Origin: an uncultured Pseudomonadales bacterium | GTDB lineage: Bacteria > Patescibacteriota > Microgenomatia > UBA1400 > PJMF01 | Assembly: GCA_964583625.1 (NCBI GenBank) | Contig: CAZOVA010000004.1 | Location: 1 to 57,180 of the forward strand | Reading direction: 5' to 3' | Length of the DNA stretch: 57,180 nt | Shown here: in pieces, positions 27,348 to 36,590 of the stretch | Layout of the letters: each line of letters starts with the position of its first letter | Position numbering within the stretch: position 1 is the stretch's first letter | Notes under the pieces: model-generated | Seen by the model: only the letters and a program-made list of their open reading frames with translations | What the model was told of the DNA's origin: nothing | Databases searched by the model: none | Translations under genes and position numbers: made by a program

Positions 27348-29463
27348 TGAGTACAATTACCGCATCATAGACACCCTTGGCATCTTCTGTCTGATAATCC
27401 TCATCATAGGTGAGAGTGAAACCGCCGGCTTCTTCTAGAGCTTTGATGATAGCTGTATTTTTATCTTTCATCAAAACAAAGGTTCCCTCTTCATTATAAG
27501 TGCCTTTTTTATTGCCAGTGGTGATATTACGAAAACCCTCTTTTTCCAAAACAGTTTTTACCTTACCAGCTTGACCAGCCACTCCCGTAGCATTAATTAC
27601 CAAAACTTTGAGTTTTGTTTTGTCAACTTCTTCTTCTGGAGTTGTTGTTGCCGCTTGAGAACTATCGCTAGCTTCCTGGATAATAGCGGGTGGAGTAGGA
27701 GCGGGCAGAAGAGTGGGTTCAGGAGTAGGAAGGGTTTCTTTATTAAAAAAATCTTTATTAGTCAACTTTAAAATTAAAAAACCCGCCCCAATACCTAAAG
27801 CAATCGTCACTACAAAAATGAGAATAAATAATAAGGCTTGTTTTAAAAATCGATTCATACTCCCTTTCTTTTTTCCTGTTACTGGCTTGTCGATCATTTT
27901 GGCCACCAATTTTTCTTCCATAGGCAACTCCGCTTCTAAATCCGCTTGTTTGGCAGTTTCTTCAGTCATTGGTTCGACCTTGTCTGCATCCAAAACCGCC
28001 ACATCTTTCTCCTTCTCCTCTCGGCTACGAATAGAGTTTCCCAGTTTATTATAACCGACATCCGCCTTTTTTTCGACTTGTTTTTCCAATTCACTAGCTA
28101 CTGCCATCTTTGGGTTAAGAGGTTCTTCTTTTTCAGCTTCTATTTCTTTGAAAATAGCTGCAAAATCATTATTTTTCTCATCGAGAATCGAAGTTTCTTC
28201 ATTAGTTTCTTTTTGCGCCATTTTTTCCTCTTCTGCTACTTTTTCCTCTTTTACTGAGAGCGAAGCCCTTTCCAGCTTTGTCTCTTCCTTATCGTCTTCA
28301 CCTTCGGGTAGTTTATTTATCAATTTGGCTGGCTGCAAACTCACCACTTTGGCCGCTTCCAGTAATGTTCCACTAGCGGTGGTTGTAGCCGCTACCGCGC
28401 TAACTGTAGTTGCTGTCGCAATTACGGCTTCTTTTTCCTTTGTCTCACTCGCTGAACCTTCTTCTTTGATGGTCGTTTCTTGCTCACTATCTAAGTCTTT
28501 TTCCTCTAAATCAGCTGTTAATTCTTCAGTAATCTTTTCTTGCTCAAAAGCGACTTCATTTTCTCTTTTTTCCTGATTCAATACTTCTGCCACCACGGTT
28601 TTTTTATCTTCCCCAGCCACCAAAGCACTAAAACGGGGTAGGACAAATTCCTCCAAACTCAGAGTTCGACCAGCCACTTCAACAATTTGTTTGATATGAG
28701 AAGGAATTTGTGCTTCATTATCTTCCTCTTTGGTTAATTGTTGGACAGGTAAGACACTTTTTAATTCTTGTTTCAATTTTTCTTCAATTAAACCAGAAGT
28801 AAATAGGTAAGCTGTCTGTAAATTGGGATCAGCTCCTTTCAAAGTGCGAACGGTTTCACCAATCTTGGCAATTTCAGTGATAGAGGCATGATTGGTTTGA
28901 TTAATACCTACAAAATGTTCAGCTAAATAAAGTCTCTCTCCTAGTTGGGCAATAGTCAAGGATGGTTCTAAACTAACGGCCGCTTTCAAAGTCCAGCTCA
29001 AAGGAATAATCTCCTCAATCACTGTTTTTTGCTTACCTAAAGCCAATTTTAATTCTGCAGCCAACTCTTTTTCCCAAGCAGACAACTGTACTTTGGTATT
29101 TTTTCCTCTTTGTAAGAGAACACTGGTGCGAGTTTCGTGGGAAAAAGTTGAAACATCAATTTTTGGCAACAGTTCATCTCTTAAATAAGTGGCAATCTCT
29201 ATATCTTGAGTGGCGGGCACATTAATAATGGTGTCAGCAAAAAGAAAATCTGGTAAAACTAAGGTATAAGTGTCAGTTTCAATTTTTTCAAAAAGTTTGC
29301 GTAAGTTTTCAAAAAGAAAATTTTCTTCAGCGATAAACTCACCATTGATTTGATGAAAAGTTTGAACTAAAAAATAACCCGCTTTGGGAGATTTTTGCAG
29401 CGTCACTGTAAAAGCCATTTCTGGCAAAATATAAAGTAATTTTTTATCTTTTTTCATTTTCAT
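27331..29463 (-). CDS. Bitopic membrane protein: N-terminal PilM/GspL-like domain, acidic disordered linker, TM, C-terminal LytR_C domain
   Basis: The C-terminus KVLVINATGVAGQAGKVKTVLEKEGF...DAVIVL is LytR_C-like. There is a single TM and an E/K-rich linker. The N-terminal assignment is tentative. Confidence 0.7.
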   Translation of the reverse strand: MKMKKDKKLLYILPEMAFTVTLQKSPKAGYFLVQTFHQINGEFIAEENFLFENLRKLFEKIETDTYTLVLPDFLFADTIINVPATQDIEIATYLRDELLPKIDVSTFSHETRTSVLLQRGKNTKVQLSAWEKELAAELKLALGKQKTVIEEIIPLSWTLKAAVSLEPSLTIAQLGERLYLAEHFVGINQTNHASITEIAKIGETVRTLKGADPNLQTAYLFTSGLIEEKLKQELKSVLPVQQLTKEEDNEAQIPSHIKQIVEVAGRTLSLEEFVLPRFSALVAGEDKKTVVAEVLNQEKRENEVAFEQEKITEELTADLEEKDLDSEQETTIKEEGSASETKEKEAVIATATTVSAVAATTTASGTLLEAAKVVSLQPAKLINKLPEGEDDKEETKLERASLSVKEEKVAEEEKMAQKETNEETSILDEKNNDFAAIFKEIEAEKEEPLNPKMAVASELEKQVEKKADVGYNKLGNSIRSREEKEKDVAVLDADKVEPMTEETAKQADLEAELPMEEKLVAKMIDKPVTGKKKGSMNRFLKQALLFILIFVVTIALGIGAGFLILKLTNKDFFNKETLPTPEPTLLPAPTPPAIIQEASDSSQAATTTPEEEVDKTKLKVLVINATGVAGQAGKVKTVLEKEGFRNITTGNKKGTYNEEGTFVLMKDKNTAIIKALEEAGGFTLTYDEDYQTEDAKGVYDAVIVLNDKTV

Positions 29464-29693
29464 CCTTTAAAAAAATAGTCTCTCTTGTTTTTTGAAAAAA
29501 AGCAATTTTCATTATGACGAAAAAAGGGGATAAAGTCAAGTTTCAATTTTGATAAACTCAGTTCTTTTTAAGAAGTTTAATCAAAAAAAAATTAGTTTGG
29601 CTTTCTGTTTCCCGAAAAAATCTAATTTTAACTAGTAAAAATCTTGTTCATTGTCTCAATTTAGATAAATTTATTGTATAATAATCGCTTAGC

Positions 29694-29766
29694 GGTAAGC
29701 TAGTCAAGTTGGTCACGACACGTGTCTGAAAAACACGCCATTCAGGTTCGATTCCTGAGCTTACCA
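29694..29766 (+). tRNA. tRNA-Phe(GAA), atypical
   Basis: Acceptor GGTAAGC/GCTTACC, anticodon stem CGTGT/ACACG with loop CTGAAAA, T arm TCAGG-TTCGATT-CCTGA. CCA is not encoded. Confidence 0.88.
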
Positions 29767-29773
29767 CCGAATC

Positions 29774-29804
29774 AAAACTCAAGTTATTCAAACTTGAGTT
29801 TTTT
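29774..29804. terminator. Bidirectional terminator between tRNA-Phe and elp3
   Basis: AAAACTCAAGTT-ATTCA-AACTTGAGTTTT, with A- and T-tracts on either side. Confidence 0.75.
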
Positions 29805-29842
29805 ACTTTCATAAATAAATTAAAAAGTATTTAACCAGTAAA

Positions 29843-31675
29843 TTAACGGTCAATTTCGTGATACAAGCCTTTTTCGCCAAAGCCTAATTTTTCATAATAT
29901 TCTTTGGTGCCAATAGCACTGATGACTTTTAGTTTTTTAAAGCCAGCTGCTTTGGCTAATTTCTTCGCTTCTTTGATTAAACTTTTCCCCAAGCCTGCAT
30001 GTTGATATGGACCTTTTTGTTTCAAAGCGGTTGCTAAACCATAAACATGAACTTCTCTGATCATGGCCACTTTGCCTAATTCTTCTGGCAAAACTAAACC
30101 TTTTGGTAAATGAGGCAAACTTAAACGCAAAAAACCAGCAATTCGCTGATCACTATTAACAAATTGCAGGAAAATTTCTTCACTAACTGAAGTCTGATAA
30201 GTAATCTTTTGTAAAGCAAAATCATTCTTTAAATTTTTCTCGCTTCTGACTTCTCTTTGACGAATTTCTTTAATTGGTAAGCGGTTTTTTTGACAATGGT
30301 CTTCGACCAGTTGACGAAAATTGGTTTTTTTATTGCCAACCACAATTTCTGCAGAAGAAATATCTCTGATCATCCGAGTGACCCGCACAAAAGCTGGCGT
30401 ATCCAGTAAATATTGAGTTAAAAGTTTTAATAAAGTTTTTTCACTATAAGGCTGCCATTTTCCAGCTTGATAATATGACATTAGTTCGCTGCTGGGCAAA
30501 AGAGAACAAGGATAAATTTTTACTTCATCAGGTAAAAAATCGACACTAGTCATAAAATCTCGATAGTCGGCCATATCGCTTTCGGGCGTGGCTTGATAAA
30601 GATTGGCCATAAAATGGGCATGAATTTTAAAACCAAAAAGTCGCAATAGGGCAAAAGCTTGAGCCTGGCGCTCTCTAGTAATATTTCTGTTGTTTGCTAC
30701 CAGAATTTGATCATTAACACTCTGCACTCCAATTTGTACCTTGGTACAACCCAAACGTCTAAGAGAGTGGAGATTAGCAATCGAAATCAGGTCCGGTCTG
30801 GTTTCAACTACTAAGCCCACATTACGCAACTTGGCACTTTGATTGTCTTTTTGAGCTAATTCTAATTCCTCCCAAGTAGCTTTTTGAGTTTCAGCTAACC
30901 ATTGCTCTCGCTGGGTTTTAAGATAATATTCAGTCAGAGCTTGATTATAATTTAATTCTCTGTTCTCCAACTTTTCTTGCAATGAACGCCAGGTTTTTTC
31001 ATTTTCCTGGTCCAAACGACTAAAGGTTAAAGCTTTTTTACTAATCAATCTCTGATTGAGAGTTTGATAAAACTTTTCTACTTTGAGTTTTTCACTTTTT
31101 TTGGTAAAAGAATTAAGGGCATCATAAAGTCTCTTGATAAACCAGATCCGATAGGGAAGAGGGTAGCCTTCCCAAGTCCCCCCTAAAACAATCAGTTCGA
31201 CTTTGCTTAAATCGTGACCCATAGCCTGTAAGTTCTCCAAGCGCGCGCTCACCTGTAAAAAGGGATCGAAGTAATTGGCTTGAGCGCGCGCTGCTCCTGG
31301 TTCGCTCGCTAAATAACTTTTAGGCATCCTTATTTGACTGGGACAAAAAATACATTCTCCCGGACAGGGCCAAGGTTTGGTTAAAACAGTAATTGTCGTA
31401 ACGCCAGATTGTGTTCTAACAGGCTTGACTTGCAAAAATTTGGCCAATTTTTGTGCCCAAGTCTCCAGTTTCTGACCAGCATATTTTTTTTTGAAAGCGG
31501 CTAAAATCTCTGCCTTAGTAAAAAAGGGTTGGGAAGCTCCTTTTTTTTTCAAATATTTCCTCTGTAAACGTAATAAATCTAGAGCCTGAGGTTGACTTTG
31601 TTCCCTGCGGAACATTTCTTCCAAGGCCGTTAAAATTTTGGCTAAATTTTGTTCTTGAACTTTTTTGTTTGTCAT
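29843..31675 (-). CDS. elp3: Elp3-family tRNA uridine(34) acetyltransferase (radical SAM + GNAT)
   Basis: PVRTQSGV, KPWPCPGECIFCP, ETRPD, VQIGVQS, DEVKIYP, IREVHVYG, QHAGLGKSL, VISAIGTKEYY. Confidence 0.93.
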   Translation of the reverse strand: MTNKKVQEQNLAKILTALEEMFRREQSQPQALDLLRLQRKYLKKKGASQPFFTKAEILAAFKKKYAGQKLETWAQKLAKFLQVKPVRTQSGVTTITVLTKPWPCPGECIFCPSQIRMPKSYLASEPGAARAQANYFDPFLQVSARLENLQAMGHDLSKVELIVLGGTWEGYPLPYRIWFIKRLYDALNSFTKKSEKLKVEKFYQTLNQRLISKKALTFSRLDQENEKTWRSLQEKLENRELNYNQALTEYYLKTQREQWLAETQKATWEELELAQKDNQSAKLRNVGLVVETRPDLISIANLHSLRRLGCTKVQIGVQSVNDQILVANNRNITRERQAQAFALLRLFGFKIHAHFMANLYQATPESDMADYRDFMTSVDFLPDEVKIYPCSLLPSSELMSYYQAGKWQPYSEKTLLKLLTQYLLDTPAFVRVTRMIRDISSAEIVVGNKKTNFRQLVEDHCQKNRLPIKEIRQREVRSEKNLKNDFALQKITYQTSVSEEIFLQFVNSDQRIAGFLRLSLPHLPKGLVLPEELGKVAMIREVHVYGLATALKQKGPYQHAGLGKSLIKEAKKLAKAAGFKKLKVISAIGTKEYYEKLGFGEKGLYHEIDR

Positions 31676-31788
31676 TGATCTTGGGTCTTATTATAACTCA
31701 AGCTCTTGCTTCTCCTAAGATTAATAATTTCGCATTCCCATCAAATCTCTATTTATGTTATAATAGCGGGTCTTTATTTTGCGAAATA

Positions 31789-31862
31789 GGGTCCGTAGCT
31801 CAGTCGGTTAGAGCGACAGCCTTTTAAGCTGTGCGTCCCGGGTTCGAGTCCCGGCGGACTCA
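31789..31862 (+). tRNA. tRNA-Lys(UUU)
   Basis: GGGTCCG...CGGACTC-A; D arm GCTC/GAGC; ACAGC-CTTTTAA-GCTGT; CCGGG-TTCGAGT-CCCGG. Confidence 0.96.
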
Positions 31863-31877
31863 CTGATAGATAAAAAT

Positions 31878-32630
31878 ATGCTTGCTATTTCACCTCTTCT
31901 CCAATTCTTTATTCTCCTCTTAATAATTTTTTTTAGTCCCTTATTGGGGTTCTTTTTTTTAAGAAAAAATTTACCAAAAAAATTTTTAAGTTTTTTCTTA
32001 GGTCTAGCGGCTGGAACTTTTGTTTTTCTTTTTCTTTTCGAGTTTTTAGAAGAAGTAAATAATTTAACTGGTAAAGATTTTTTTGTCTTGATAATTTTGC
32101 TTGCAGCTGGTTTTGCTTTCAATGCCTTCTTAGATTTTTTGCTTCCTGGTCACCAACATCATCACCATGACCACTGTCAGCATCAAGAAAAATTTTGCCA
32201 CTTAACAGCAATGACTGTGATTAGTTTGGCAGCTCATAATTTAATTGAAGGTTTTACTTTTGGACTAGTGGCTCGCATCAATTTACACTCGGCCCTGATG
32301 ATGGCCTTAATGATTGCTTTGCACAATATTCCTCTCAATTTGGCTCTGCTAGCTCCAGAAACCTATGCTCAAAGAAGTAAAAAACATATATTAAAACATT
32401 TTTTTTGGGCAAACTTGCCTTTTGTTCTTGGAGCCGGGAGTTTCTTTTTTTCAACTGACTTGATTTCTGAATCGGTGTTAGAACTTTTAGCCTTTTTTAT
32501 TTTTGGTATGATAATCCATCTTCTCAAGATGGAAATCCTCCCGCTAGCTTGGGAAAAACAAGGAAAAAAAACCACTATTTGGGGCATATTTGGTGGCTTA
32601 TTATTAGTTATTTTTATTCATTTATTTTAA
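31878..32630 (+). CDS. ZIP family metal transporter
   Basis: Multi-TM, His-rich loop HQHHHHDHCQH, AHNLIEG, IALHNIP. Confidence 0.9.
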   Translation: MLAISPLLQFFILLLIIFFSPLLGFFFLRKNLPKKFLSFFLGLAAGTFVFLFLFEFLEEVNNLTGKDFFVLIILLAAGFAFNAFLDFLLPGHQHHHHDHCQHQEKFCHLTAMTVISLAAHNLIEGFTFGLVARINLHSALMMALMIALHNIPLNLALLAPETYAQRSKKHILKHFFWANLPFVLGAGSFFFSTDLISESVLELLAFFIFGMIIHLLKMEILPLAWEKQGKKTTIWGIFGGLLLVIFIHLF

Positions 32631-32631
32631 A

Positions 32632-33486
32632 ATGCCAGAATTACCAGAAGTTGAAACTGTTAAAAATAGCCTGGAGAGCTTTATAAAAGGCAAAAAAATT
32701 ATTTCTTTGAAAATTCTTAGAGAAAAAAGCTTTCCACAACCAGAAAGAAAAAAAATAATTTTAGGTCAAGAAATTATTTCCCTGCATCGTCGAGCTAAAT
32801 ATTTAGACCTCGTCTTAGCTAATAACTATCATTTGCTGACTCATTTAAAAATGACTGGTCAATTATTATATGTTCATAAAAAACAGCTGGCTGGTGGCGG
32901 TCATCCAACAGCCGATGTTTTACAACAACTCCCTGGGAAACACACTAGATTAATTTATCAATTGGACGATGGTAGCCATCTTTATTTCAATGATATGAGA
33001 GTTTTTGGCTGGATGAAAGTTTTATCACCAAAAGAATTGGAAAAAGAATACGCTAAGTTGGGGCCAGATGCCAATGCGTCAACTTTTACTTCTGCCTATT
33101 TATATAAGGCCCTGCAAAGAAAAAGCCAACCAATTAAACAAGTACTGATGGACAATCGTATTTGTTGCGGTTTGGGAAATATCTATGTAGCAGAAACTCT
33201 CTTCCAGGCAGGAATTGATCCCCGAAGGGGGGCTAAAAGTCTCTCATTAACAGAAATAAAAAAAGTTGTCAAAGAGGCTAAAAAAATTCTCCAAAAAGCT
33301 ATCAAACACCGAGGAACCACATTCGACGGACGTTATGTTGATAGCACTGGTAAGGGTGGCAGTTTTGAAAAGTTTTTACAAGTTTATGGCCGTGAGGGGA
33401 AACCCTGTAAAAAATGTCAACTAAAATTGCAAAATGTTCGACTTGGAGGACGAAGTACTTGTTTTTGCCCTCATTGTCAAACCTGA
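32632..33486 (+). CDS. mutM: Formamidopyrimidine-DNA glycosylase
   Basis: MPELPEVETV, RRAKYL, HLKMTGQL, GLGNIY, Zn finger CKKC...FCPHCQ. Confidence 0.97.
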   Translation: MPELPEVETVKNSLESFIKGKKIISLKILREKSFPQPERKKIILGQEIISLHRRAKYLDLVLANNYHLLTHLKMTGQLLYVHKKQLAGGGHPTADVLQQLPGKHTRLIYQLDDGSHLYFNDMRVFGWMKVLSPKELEKEYAKLGPDANASTFTSAYLYKALQRKSQPIKQVLMDNRICCGLGNIYVAETLFQAGIDPRRGAKSLSLTEIKKVVKEAKKILQKAIKHRGTTFDGRYVDSTGKGGSFEKFLQVYGREGKPCKKCQLKLQNVRLGGRSTCFCPHCQT

Positions 33487-33512
33487 TCTTTTGTGATATA
33501 ATCGCCCACAAT

Positions 33513-33887
33513 ATGAAATCGAACTTACATCCCCAATGGCAGGAATGCACTATTAAATGCGCCTGTGGTAATACTTTTGTCACCAAAGCCACAGTTGCTA
33601 CGATGCAAGTCGATATTTGTCACAAATGTCATCCTTTTTTTACTGGTGAAGAAAGGTTTGTCGACAAGCAGGGACGGATTGATAAATTTAAACAAAAAAT
33701 GGACGTTTCCAAGCAAAGACTGAAAGAAGAAAAAGTCAAAGAACAAGAAAAAAAGGCTAGAAAAGAAGCTCAAATCAAAGAACAAGGCCAAGAGAAAAAA
33801 TCTTTCAAACAAATTTTGAACCAAGCAAAATCAGAACAAGAAAAAGCAGAAAAATTACTCAAAAAAGAAGCTAAAAAAAAGGTTTAG
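33513..33887 (+). CDS. rpmE: 50S ribosomal protein L31 (Zn form) with long Lys/Glu-rich tail
   Basis: MKSNLHPQW..CACGNTF..DICHKCHPFFTG..VDKQGRIDKF. Confidence 0.94.
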   Translation: MKSNLHPQWQECTIKCACGNTFVTKATVATMQVDICHKCHPFFTGEERFVDKQGRIDKFKQKMDVSKQRLKEEKVKEQEKKARKEAQIKEQGQEKKSFKQILNQAKSEQEKAEKLLKKEAKKKV

Positions 33888-33947
33888 TAAAAAATTAATT
33901 TTCTTTACTAATCGAATTGATTTTTAATTTTTTCTTTATTCAAAAAC

Positions 33948-33971
33948 AATCTCGGTTAGCCGAGATTTTTT
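33948..33971 (+). terminator. Terminator-like hairpin between rpmE and prfA
   Basis: AATCTCGG-TTAG-CCGAGATT followed by TTTT. Confidence 0.65.
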
Positions 33972-33982
33972 AGCAAAAAAAT

Positions 33983-34930
33983 ATGAATCCTTTTTCCACT
34001 CAAATACAAGAACTAGAACGAAAAATTCAGGAAAATCAGCAATTATCCACTGCTGATCCAGAATTGGCCAGTTTGGCTCAAGCAGAGATTGCTGACTTAC
34101 AAGCGCAAAAAGAGGCTTTAGAATCAGCCGCCCGGGCTATGGACATAGCCACCCAGTCGACCACGACTGGAGCCCCACCGGACCTTGATATCGCTGGTTG
34201 CATTTTGGAGGTCCGCGGTGGGGCGGGCGGCGACGAAGCGAAAAACTGGGCTGGAGAATTACTGCGTCTTTACCAACGTTTTGCTCAAAAGCACAAATTA
34301 AAAATTGAACTCTTGGATGACGATGTCGTTAAATTTAGAGGACAAGTGAAATTAAGCGACGGTCGAATTCTTTCCCCTTTCAAAGCATTGCAATATGAGT
34401 CTGGAGTCCATCGAGTGCAAAGAGTGCCTACAACAGAAGCATCTGGAAGAATTCACACTTCTACCGCCAGCGTCGCAGTCCTACCAGAAGTTGCCCCGCA
34501 AAGCGTGGCTATTAAAGAAGAAGATCTTGATTGGCAGTTTTGCCGAGCTGGCGGAGCTGGCGGACAAAACGTCAACAAAGTCAATAGTGCCGTCCGACTA
34601 ACCCATTTACCAACAGGAGTCGTTGTTAATGCGAGGCAAGAAAGACAACAAACGCAAAATCGACAGATTGCCTTAGCTATGTTAGCTTCACGTTTGTGGG
34701 AAATTGAGGAGGAAGAGAAACAAAAAAAACTAGGCAATTTACGTTCTGCTATTGGTCGAGCTCAAAGAGCAGAAAAAATCCGTACTTTCAATTTTCCTCA
34801 AAATCGAGTGACTGATCATCGCTTAGAAAAAAGTTGGTACAATTTGGAGAGTATTCTCGAAGGAAATATCGAAGATATTATCTCTGCTTGTAGCGAATTT
34901 TTTCAAACAAAAACAGCGGGTGATGATTAA
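33983..34930 (+). CDS. prfA: Peptide chain release factor 1 (short N-terminus)
   Basis: [14 protein letters not shown] (PxT), [38 protein letters not shown]. Confidence 0.95.
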   Translation: MNPFSTQIQELERKIQENQQLSTADPELASLAQAEIADLQAQKEALESAARAMDIATQSTTTGAPPDLDIAGCILEVRGGAGGDEAKNWAGELLRLYQRFAQKHKLKIELLDDDVVKFRGQVKLSDGRILSPFKALQYESGVHRVQRVPTTEASGRIHTSTASVAVLPEVAPQSVAIKEEDLDWQFCRAGGAGGQNVNKVNSAVRLTHLPTGVVVNARQERQQTQNRQIALAMLASRLWEIEEEEKQKKLGNLRSAIGRAQRAEKIRTFNFPQNRVTDHRLEKSWYNLESILEGNIEDIISACSEFFQTKTAGDD

Positions 34931-34932
34931 TC

Positions 34933-35427
34933 TCAATCACTAATTTTTATTTGTTTTTCTGGGGAAATATTCTTCTCTAAAGCAAAACCACTCGGCACTT
35001 CTAGCACTAAATTGGCTTTTTTCTGATTAAGATAAAGTGGTAAAAGATAGGCTGGCTTATCCCATGGTTCTTTGGGCACATTAGTCATCACTTCAACCAA
35101 ATTTTGATCATCAAACCATAAAATATCCAAATCAAAATACATTTTCGGCATCCAAAAACTATAATAAGACTTAGCTGGTAAGACAAAAAGCATGCCTTCG
35201 CTACCCATCACTTGACGTTCAGACAAACCTTTTTGAATAGAAGTGGCACTATTAACCACTTCTACTTGATATTCTTGATTGTCCAATTTGATTCTAATTT
35301 TACTACCGTCGGGCAGAGCCTTAAGCCTATTATAAAAATCGCTTTCCTTTTTTGGCCACAAAAACCCGAGAACCACTAAAAAAATTCCTGCCAAAATTAA
35401 CCAAGAGAAATATAAGCTTTTCTTCAT
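34933..35427 (-). CDS. DUF192 family protein
   Basis: N-terminal TM, VEVV...GLS..GMLF..FWMPKMYFDLDILW, VLEVPSG. Confidence 0.85.
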   Translation of the reverse strand: MKKSLYFSWLILAGIFLVVLGFLWPKKESDFYNRLKALPDGSKIRIKLDNQEYQVEVVNSATSIQKGLSERQVMGSEGMLFVLPAKSYYSFWMPKMYFDLDILWFDDQNLVEVMTNVPKEPWDKPAYLLPLYLNQKKANLVLEVPSGFALEKNISPEKQIKISD

Positions 35428-36473
35428 AGTCTAATTATTTTAACCTTTTTTCCTTTAATTTTTTTTAAGACTTGTTCTTCAGTGGTAGTTATAATAGTTT
35501 GTTGTTTCGTTAATAAGCTCAAAACTAAGTTTTGCCTTTCGTCGTCAAGTTCAGAGAGAATATCATCCAAAAGAAGAATTGGCTTCTGTTTGGTTTTTTG
35601 ACGGAGAAACTGCCATTGTCCCAGTTTGAGCCAAAGGGTAGCCAATCTTTGTTGGCCACGAGAACCATAGGTTGTCACAGAGCTTTGTTTTTGATCGGCA
35701 AAATCAAAAAGGATATCAAAATCATCGCGATGTGGACCGATTAAACTATGTCCGCTAGCAATCTCAGCTCCTTGATACTTAGCCAAACGTTCTCGCGAAA
35801 CAATTGAGTGATCATAAGTAACTTGGAAATTGAGTTCAAAAGGCACTTCTTTATTTAAAAATTGACAAAAATCAGCTCTTTTTTGATGAATAATTTCACC
35901 AAAAGTAAGTAGGTTTTCATTCCAGTAGGGGAGAGAGTCCAAACTAGCCAAACCTTCGCGGATATCCGTTAAAAGACGATTGCGTCTTATCAGAGTAGAT
36001 TGATAATGGGTCAGAGCCTCTTGATAAACTTTACTAGTCAAAATTAAAGCCTGATCTAAATAATCTCTTCTTCTTGGAGGGGAGCCTTCAATCAGGCGCA
36101 AGTCTTCTGGCCGAAAGCTAATCGCTAATAATTGACCAATAAAATCTTTTTGCTTTTTTTTTGCCTGACCGAGAGTAAAAGTCTTACTCGGAACTTTACG
36201 ACCAGCGACTATGCCGGTGGTAACAGTCACTCCCAAACGGGTATTGTCCTCCAGCAAACCATAAACTCGGGCAATTTCCTTTTGGAATTTTAGCATTTCT
36301 TGATTTTTTTCTGCTCGAAAACTTTTACCTGTCGAAAGAAGAGAGATGGCTTCCAAAATAGTAGTTTTACCACTGCCATTGGCCGCAATAAAAACAGTCG
36401 TTTCTGGAGAAAGAGTGAAGGTTTGATTTTCAAAAGCTCGAAAATCTTGGAGATAAAGTTTTTCCAAAATCAT
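35424..36473 (-). CDS. recF: DNA replication and repair protein RecF
   Basis: NGSGKTTILEAI, GSPPRRRDYLD, GPHRDDF, SRGQQR, LLDDILSELD. Confidence 0.96.
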   Translation of the reverse strand: MILEKLYLQDFRAFENQTFTLSPETTVFIAANGSGKTTILEAISLLSTGKSFRAEKNQEMLKFQKEIARVYGLLEDNTRLGVTVTTGIVAGRKVPSKTFTLGQAKKKQKDFIGQLLAISFRPEDLRLIEGSPPRRRDYLDQALILTSKVYQEALTHYQSTLIRRNRLLTDIREGLASLDSLPYWNENLLTFGEIIHQKRADFCQFLNKEVPFELNFQVTYDHSIVSRERLAKYQGAEIASGHSLIGPHRDDFDILFDFADQKQSSVTTYGSRGQQRLATLWLKLGQWQFLRQKTKQKPILLLDDILSELDDERQNLVLSLLTKQQTIITTTEEQVLKKIKGKKVKIIRL

Positions 36474-36525
36474 ATTTATTTTTGCTTGATTACAACTTTA
36501 TTATTATATAAGGGAAAAAAGAAAA

Positions 36526-36550
36526 GTCCCCACCAAAACTTGGTGGGGAC
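36526..36550 (-). terminator. Rho-independent terminator after the small 66 aa gene
   Basis: GTCCCCACCAA-AAC-TTGGTGGGGAC, followed by a U-tract on the minus strand. Confidence 0.85.
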
Positions 36551-36590
36551 AATAATCTACAATTTATTTTTCGCTAAAGCGAACTTCAGA

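Noticed and set aside
27571-28576. Several overlapping plus-strand ORFs (66-142 aa)
   Set aside because: They are antisense shadows of the low-complexity Glu/Lys-rich region of the 710 aa gene. They are Ser/Phe-rich, with no RBS or motifs.
31753-31764. TTATGTTATAAT (also ~49295 and ~22281 minus) resembling a XerD arm
   Set aside because: It is better explained as an extended -10 (TGnTATAAT) in front of tRNA and rpsA genes, and there is no partner arm.
33983-34930. Programmed frameshift as in prfB
   Set aside because: The ORF is continuous and has the RF1 PxT motif, not SPF.
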